The notes under the pieces: model-generated | The model's input: the letters and a program-made list of their open reading frames with translations, nothing else | Database searches by the model: none | Told to the model about the DNA's origin: nothing | Assembly (NCBI GenBank): GCA_963781585.1 | Contig: CAWAGQ010000003.1 | Span: 288,001-352,000, forward strand | Direction of reading: 5' to 3' | Length of the DNA stretch: 64,000 bases | From: an uncultured Gemmatimonadaceae bacterium | GTDB lineage: Bacteria > Gemmatimonadota > Gemmatimonadetes > Gemmatimonadales > Gemmatimonadaceae | Made by a program: the position numbers and the translations under genes | Part shown: one piece after another, positions 58,796 through 64,000 of the stretch | Numbering within the stretch: position 1 is the stretch's first letter | How the letters are laid out: each line of letters begins with the position of its first letter

Positions 58796-59353
58796 GTGCC
58801 CATCGGTGGCGGAGCGGAGCCTCCGCTGTTCGTGGACCTCGACGGAACCCTCATCGCCGGGGACACGCTTCGCATTGCGCTGGCACAGATGGCGGTCCAT
58901 CGACCCTGGCTCCTCCCGGCGGTCGGGCTGACGCTCCTGCGCGGACGGAGCGCCATGAAGGCCTTCGTGGCCGGCCATGTCCTCCCGGATCCGGGCTCGC
59001 TACGCTGGAGGCACGGGGTCCTCGCTTTCCTTGCTGAAGAGCGGGGAAAGGGGCGCACGATCGTCCTGGCGACTGCCTCCCACCGAAGAGTGGCGGACGC
59101 GGTTGCCTCCTATCTGGGTCTCTTCGACGACGTCATCGCTACGGATCGCGGCCCAAACCTGAAGGCGCAGCGGAAGCTGGCGGCGATCCGTAAACGCATA
59201 CATAACAATGACTTCGATTACGTCGGAGACAGCGCCGCTGACCTGTGCCTCTTTCGCGCGGCCCGCTTCGCCTACCTCGTGGCACCGTCTCCAGGGTTGC
59301 TGGTGCGTGCCCGTCGCGAGGCCCACGTGGAAAGGGTTTTCGGCGCGGACTGA
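58796..59353 (+). CDS. HAD-family hydrolase
   Basis: FVDLDGTL, LATAS, NLK, YVGDSAAD. Confidence 0.8.
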   Translation: MPIGGGAEPPLFVDLDGTLIAGDTLRIALAQMAVHRPWLLPAVGLTLLRGRSAMKAFVAGHVLPDPGSLRWRHGVLAFLAEERGKGRTIVLATASHRRVADAVASYLGLFDDVIATDRGPNLKAQRKLAAIRKRIHNNDFDYVGDSAADLCLFRAARFAYLVAPSPGLLVRARREAHVERVFGAD

Positions 59354-59440
59354 TCGCACCGGCCCGACGTCAGTAGCTTAAGACCTCCATATGGGAAACG
59401 TGCCCGCGGGCGGGGAGCCCCCCGTTTTGGAGGTACATGC

Positions 59441-60052
59441 ATGACGACGCCGTCTTCGCTCCCGGCGCGCGACGACGCCCTGGCGCTGGTGCACGAGTAC
59501 ACATCGAGCGACTCGCTGCGAAAGCACATGCTCGCCGTCGAGGGGGCGATGCGCGCATACGCGGAACGCTTCGGAGAGGATCCGGACCGCTGGGGCCTGG
59601 CCGGCCTCCTCCACGACTTCGACTACGAGCAGTGGCCTAACGAGGCGCACTCGCCGACGTCCGGACACCCGTCCGAGGGCGTACGCCTTCTCCGGGAGCG
59701 CGGCTTCCCCGACGACATTCTCGACGCCATCCTCGGCCACGCGGCCTACTGCGGGGTTCCCCGGGAGACCCGGATGGCCAGTGCGCTGTTCGCCGTGGAC
59801 GAGTTGACCGGGCTCATCACCGCCACCGCGCTTGTCAAACCGTCGCGGAGCGTTAACGAAGTCGAGGCCCGATCTGTCAAAAAAAAGATGAAGGACAAGG
59901 CCTTCGCCCGCGGTGTCAGCCGTGAGGATATCGTCACCGGCGCCGCGGAGCTCGGGGTCGATCTCGACGACCACATTCAGTTTGTCATCGACGCCATGCG
60001 CGCGCGTGCCGCGCTCTTAGGTCTTTCCGGCCCCCCGGCGCCAACACCCTAG
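59441..60052 (+). CDS. HD/HDIG domain metal-dependent hydrolase
   Basis: LRKHMLAVE, GLLHDFDYE, AVDELTGL, KDKAFARGV; GGAGG RBS. Confidence 0.9.
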   Translation: MTTPSSLPARDDALALVHEYTSSDSLRKHMLAVEGAMRAYAERFGEDPDRWGLAGLLHDFDYEQWPNEAHSPTSGHPSEGVRLLRERGFPDDILDAILGHAAYCGVPRETRMASALFAVDELTGLITATALVKPSRSVNEVEARSVKKKMKDKAFARGVSREDIVTGAAELGVDLDDHIQFVIDAMRARAALLGLSGPPAPTP

Positions 60053-60114
60053 CGGTCCAGGGTCAACGATTCTCCCGGAGAGCGCGTTGTCAGGAGGAAC
60101 TACGCAACCATACT

Positions 60115-60735
60115 GTGACGACTGCAGCCATCTCCCTGACGTCCATCGCGCCGGCGCCGGCGCCGGTTCGCTCCCGTACCATGTCGGCTGAGGTCTCGGT
60201 ACGGGAGCACGAGCATGCCCTCGTTATCGCCGCCCAGCGTGGCGATACCGAGGCCTTTGCGTCGCTCGTGCGTGTCCACCAGCGACGGGCGTACGCGGTC
60301 GCCCGCGCGATCGTACTGACGCACGAGGACGCGGAGGATGCCGTGCAGGAAGGCTTCCTGCACGCCTACCGAGCCCTCGACCGGTTTCTCCCGGATCAGG
60401 CGTTCGGAGCCTGGCTGCATCGCATCGTCGCCAACGCGGCGCTCGACATCACGCGACGGAAGAAGGTCCGCGATGCCGACGTCCTGGCCGAGACTATCGC
60501 GTCGCCATTCCGCGATCCCGCGGAGTCGGCGGAACTGCGCCGACGCCTCCGCGACGCCCTGGCCAGCCTGGGCGAGCGCCAACGGGCGGTGATTGTGCTT
60601 CACGACATTGAAGGATTCAAACATGCGGAGATCGGACGGATGCTCGGGATACCGGAAGGGACGGCCCGCTCGGATCTCCACCATGCACGAGCGCGACTGC
60701 GCGAGGAACTGGGTTCAGTCCGGAGTCATCTATGA
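60115..60735 (+). CDS. ECF (sigma-70 family) RNA polymerase sigma factor
   Basis: AQRGD.EAF, DAEDAVQEGF, WLHRIVAN, EIG.MLGIPEGT.RS.LHHAR; start may be 60181. Confidence 0.92.
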   Translation: MTTAAISLTSIAPAPAPVRSRTMSAEVSVREHEHALVIAAQRGDTEAFASLVRVHQRRAYAVARAIVLTHEDAEDAVQEGFLHAYRALDRFLPDQAFGAWLHRIVANAALDITRRKKVRDADVLAETIASPFRDPAESAELRRRLRDALASLGERQRAVIVLHDIEGFKHAEIGRMLGIPEGTARSDLHHARARLREELGSVRSHL

Positions 60736-61112
60736 AAATCGTGCGCGAGGACGATCGCGAGCATCGCGACGACGAGTTGCACGCCGCGCTGCGCGCCGAA
60801 TACACGGCGCCGGCCGGGGAGTCGTACTGGGCAGCGCTCGAGCGCCGGATCATGGCGCGCATCCAGAGCCAGGTCGCACGGGAGTGGTGGTCGTACTTCC
60901 CGGGATGGGTGCGCATCGGTCTCGCCGCGGCAGCCATCGCGCTGTTCGTGGCCGGGTTCGCCGCCTGGCGCACGCGCGAAGCGCAGGAGCAGATGGCGTA
61001 TCGCGAGCTGCTCGACACGCCCTCCGAGTTACCGATTCTCACGGAGACCTTCCGCGACGGACCTAACGCGAGAACGCGAGAGGCGACGCTCCGGGGTCTC
61101 CTCTCGCGCTGA
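60732..61112 (+). CDS. Single-TM protein, probable anti-sigma factor
   Basis: ATGA overlap with the sigma gene; one TM helix. Confidence 0.6.
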   Translation: MKIVREDDREHRDDELHAALRAEYTAPAGESYWAALERRIMARIQSQVAREWWSYFPGWVRIGLAAAAIALFVAGFAAWRTREAQEQMAYRELLDTPSELPILTETFRDGPNARTREATLRGLLSR

Positions 61113-61123
61113 GGCACGGAACC

Positions 61124-61501
61124 ATGCCACGGTCCAAGAACCTTGCCGTCATGTTCCTGCTCGGCGCCGTACTGGTCGGCGGGGCTCTGGGCTTCACCGC
61201 CGACCGGGTCATGATCCGCGACCAGATCTGCGCGGCCCGTACCAGCTCCCGCTCGATGCGCGAGATGTTCGCGGACCGGCTGATGCTGACCCAGCCGCAG
61301 CGGGCACGGGTCGACTCGATCCTCGACGAACGACGCCGTCTCGACCAGCTGGTCATGGCCACCGTTCGTGGGCAAATGGACTCGGTGAAGATGCGGGCCC
61401 GCGCCCAGATCGAGACAGTGCTCAACGAGACGCAGCGTGAGGAATTCCACAAGCTCCTCACGGAACTGAACGACACCTCCAGGACACGCGACAGAGACTG
61501 A
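61124..61501 (+). CDS. Exported helical protein (Spy/CpxP-like)
   Basis: N-terminal hydrophobic segment; LTQPQR and LNETQRE motifs. Confidence 0.6.
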   Translation: MPRSKNLAVMFLLGAVLVGGALGFTADRVMIRDQICAARTSSRSMREMFADRLMLTQPQRARVDSILDERRRLDQLVMATVRGQMDSVKMRARAQIETVLNETQREEFHKLLTELNDTSRTRDRD

Positions 61502-62800
61502 TGCGATATCTCCTTCTTCTTCTTGTCCCCGCCATCGCGGCGGCGCAGACAGGAAGCGCGCCACAGGCGCGTCCAGTCACGCTGGCCGAGGCCGTGAAGC
61601 TGGCGCAACAGAATGCGCCGAGCGCGGTTCAGGCGCGGGGCGCCATCGACCAGAGCGAGGGACAGGTCCGCTCGACATGGGGTGACTTCATTCCCACGCT
61701 CAGCATCTCCACGGGCGCCAGCAAGCAGAACGGCCAGACGCTCAACACCCAGCAGCAGATCGTCAGCTACAGCTCACCGTGGAGCTACAGCCGCGGCCTC
61801 AGCGCGAACCTGACCCTCTTCGATGCGGGCAACCGGATGTACAATCTGAGCGCGGCCAGGGCGAACGTCGCCTCGGCGGAGGCCAACGAGCGGCGTACCA
61901 GGTACCAGGTGGCGCTGGACGTCTCCACGCAGTACTTCAACGTCCTGGCCGCACGGGAGAATCTGGCCGCGGCACAGGCTGCGCTCGACCTGGCGCAGGA
62001 GCAGCTCAAGTCCGCCAACGCGCGCGTTGCCGCCGGTGCGGCAACCAAGTCCGACTCCCTGCGCTCGGTGGTCTCGGTCGGCAACGCACAGGTCAGTGTG
62101 CTGACCGCCGAGAACGATCTGCAGAACTCCAATGCCGCCCTCACCCGGCTGGTCGCGACTCCGTTCCTGGTCACCGCCATGCCCGCGGATTCGCTCCGGA
62201 TGGATAGCTTCGCGGCGGATAGCGCCGCGTTGGCACAATCGCTCGAAGACGGCGCCCACAGTGCGCTCGGCAGAGGCGTCCCTCAACGCGGCCCGGGCAT
62301 CGCTCAAGTCCTCGCATACGCCGTACTTCCCCACGATCAGCATGAATTATGGCATCAGCGGCAGCAACAGGTCGGACAGCTTCGACCCCTGGAACGGACT
62401 GTATCCGCACTCGAATACGCTACGGTTCAGCTTCAGCTATACGCTTTTCAACGGTTTCAACCGCGAGCAGACGGTCACGTCGGCTCGCGTCGCCGAGCAC
62501 AACGCGGAAGCGTCGCTCCGGGATGCGAAGCTGGTCGCCCAGCAGCAGCTGATCCAGTACCTGGGCACGTTGCGTCTGGCACAGGAACGGATCCAGATCC
62601 AGGACGCTTCGGTGGCTGCAGCACAGGAAGACGTACGCGTGCAGCAGCAGCGGTACGCGCTCGGTGCGACCACCTTGCTCGACCTCCTGACCTCGCAGTC
62701 GTCGCTCACCTCGGCGCGCTACTCGCTCATCCGGGCGCGGTACGACGCACGCGTCGCCAAGGCCAACATCGAATTGCTGATTGGCCGCGAAATTCAATAG
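61501..62800 (+). CDS. TolC family outer membrane efflux protein, one frameshift near 62251
   Basis: MRYLLLLLVPAIAAAQ..VTLAEAVKLA..LTLFDAG..YFNVL in frame 1; APTVRSAEA..YFPTIS..LFNGF..RYALGATTLLDLL in frame 2. Confidence 0.85.
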
Positions 62801-62832
62801 CGCGTCACGGACACCCATCACCGCCTCAACAC

Positions 62833-64000
62833 ATGTCTCTCCTGGATTCTCTCTCCGACGGCCGGCGTCTCATGGGACGCGCACCTACTGCGGTGCTGGT
62901 GAGCGTGCTGCTCGTCGCCGCCTGCGCCAAGAAGAAGGACAATCGGCTTCCGATCGAAACGGCCGCCGCCGCTCGCCGCACGATCGTCTCGGAGGCGACC
63001 GCTTCCGGCGCGGTCGAGCCGATCAACGTCGTCGACGTGCGCTCGAAGTCGTCCGGCCAGATCATCGAGATGCCGGTCGAGACGGGCACCCTGGTCAAGC
63101 AGGGCGACCTGCTGGTGCAGCTCGACACGCGCGACGTGGACAACCAGTACGAGCAGGCGCAGGCGGACCTGGCATCGGCGCAGGCCAAGCTCAACGTCTC
63201 GACGATGCAACTGAAGCGGAGCCGCGACCTGGCCGCCTCCCGCATCATCACCTCACAGGAACTCGAGACCGCCCAGCTGGACTCGACCAACTCCGCCTCG
63301 GCGCTCATTCGGGCGCAGACCAGTCTCGACCAGGCATTGCAGCGGAAGCAGGACGCCACGGTGAAAGCCCCGGTTGCGGGTACGATCATTGCCAAGACCG
63401 TGTCGCTCGGTCAGGTCATCGCCTCAGCCACCAGTTCGGCCAGCGGCGGCACGTCCTTGCTGCAGATGGCGGATCTGGCGAAGGTGCGGGTGCGAGCCAA
63501 CTTCAACGAGACCGATATCGCCAACGTGCATCCCGGCCAGGAGGCTACCGCAACATTTGACGCCTATCCGGACCGGCCCTTCCGCGGAACGGTCGAGAAG
63601 ATCGAACCGCAGGCTGTGGTGCAGCAGAGCGTCACGATGTTCCCGGTCCTGGTGACCCTCGACAACCTCGAAGGCTACCTGAAGCCGGGCATGAACGGCG
63701 AGGTGTCGGTACTCGTGGATACCAGGGAAGATGTCATCACCGTGCCGAACGACGCGATCCGCACGACGCGCGAGGCCGCGACGACGGCCCGCTTGCTCGG
63801 CCTCGATCCCGACAGCGTGACGGCGTCGGTGCAGGAGCAGATGCGGTCGATGGGAGGTGGTTTTGGAGGCGGCGGTATGCGCGGCGGCCGAGGAGGCGAC
63901 AGCGGGGCCAACGGCCGCCGCCAGGCGGTGTCGAAGGGCGACGTGATGCTCGACGATCCGCAGCAGGGACAGGGTCGTCAGGGTGGACGCCGCGGCGGTG
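62833..64000 (+). CDS. Efflux periplasmic adaptor (MFP, MacA/HlyD-like), runs off the window
   Basis: LLVAAC lipobox, ASGAVEP..VDVRSKSSGQI, VKQGDLL, VKAPVAGTII, LKPGMN; start 62833 or 62872. Confidence 0.88.
   Translation, partial: MSLLDSLSDGRRLMGRAPTAVLVSVLLVAACAKKKDNRLPIETAAAARRTIVSEATASGAVEPINVVDVRSKSSGQIIEMPVETGTLVKQGDLLVQLDTRDVDNQYEQAQADLASAQAKLNVSTMQLKRSRDLAASRIITSQELETAQLDSTNSASALIRAQTSLDQALQRKQDATVKAPVAGTIIAKTVSLGQVIASATSSASGGTSLLQMADLAKVRVRANFNETDIANVHPGQEATATFDAYPDRPFRGTVEKIEPQAVVQQSVTMFPVLVTLDNLEGYLKPGMNGEVSVLVDTREDVITVPNDAIRTTREAATTARLLGLDPDSVTASVQEQMRSMGGGFGGGGMRGGRGGDSGANGRRQAVSKGDVMLDDPQQGQGRQGGRRGG

Overview
High-GC bacterial window with no rRNA, tRNA or CRISPR seen; the gene content suggests Gemmatimonadota (inference only). 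The left ~36 kb is a mosaic surface-polysaccharide region. It opens with a translationally coupled operon (PHP phosphatase, DASS transporter, cysC, flippase, GT-C glycosyltransferase). It also holds several GT4/GT2 genes, wecB, two AsnB-like amidotransferases, a heparinase II/III-like protein, a CoA-ligase-like protein, DUF362, a deacetylase, an O-antigen ligase/polymerase, VanZ and two beta-helix surface proteins. The right ~28 kb is mostly housekeeping: yggT/yggU, metH, a split HMT-MetF, acyl-CoA dehydrogenase, M61/M42/M28 peptidases, nth, cyclophilin, an ECF sigma factor and TolC/MFP efflux genes. Five things are not shown by the ORF track. (1) The two beta-helix genes share a ~1.1 kb, ~99% identical 3' cassette, and each is followed by an orphaned older C-terminus. 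(2) A c-di-GMP-I riboswitch abuts the RBS of the 1389-aa Ig-stalk/beta-helix lipoprotein. (3) A methyltransferase gene is flanked by decayed purF and prfB fragments, including the RF2 CTT-TGA-C frameshift site, next to an IS200 element. (4) A SAM-II riboswitch lies upstream of metH. (5) There is also an LMW-PTP pseudogene, a heptamer repeat tract, a 50-aa membrane protein and two single-base frameshifts that may be sequencing errors. All calls come from reading motifs by eye; no searches were run.
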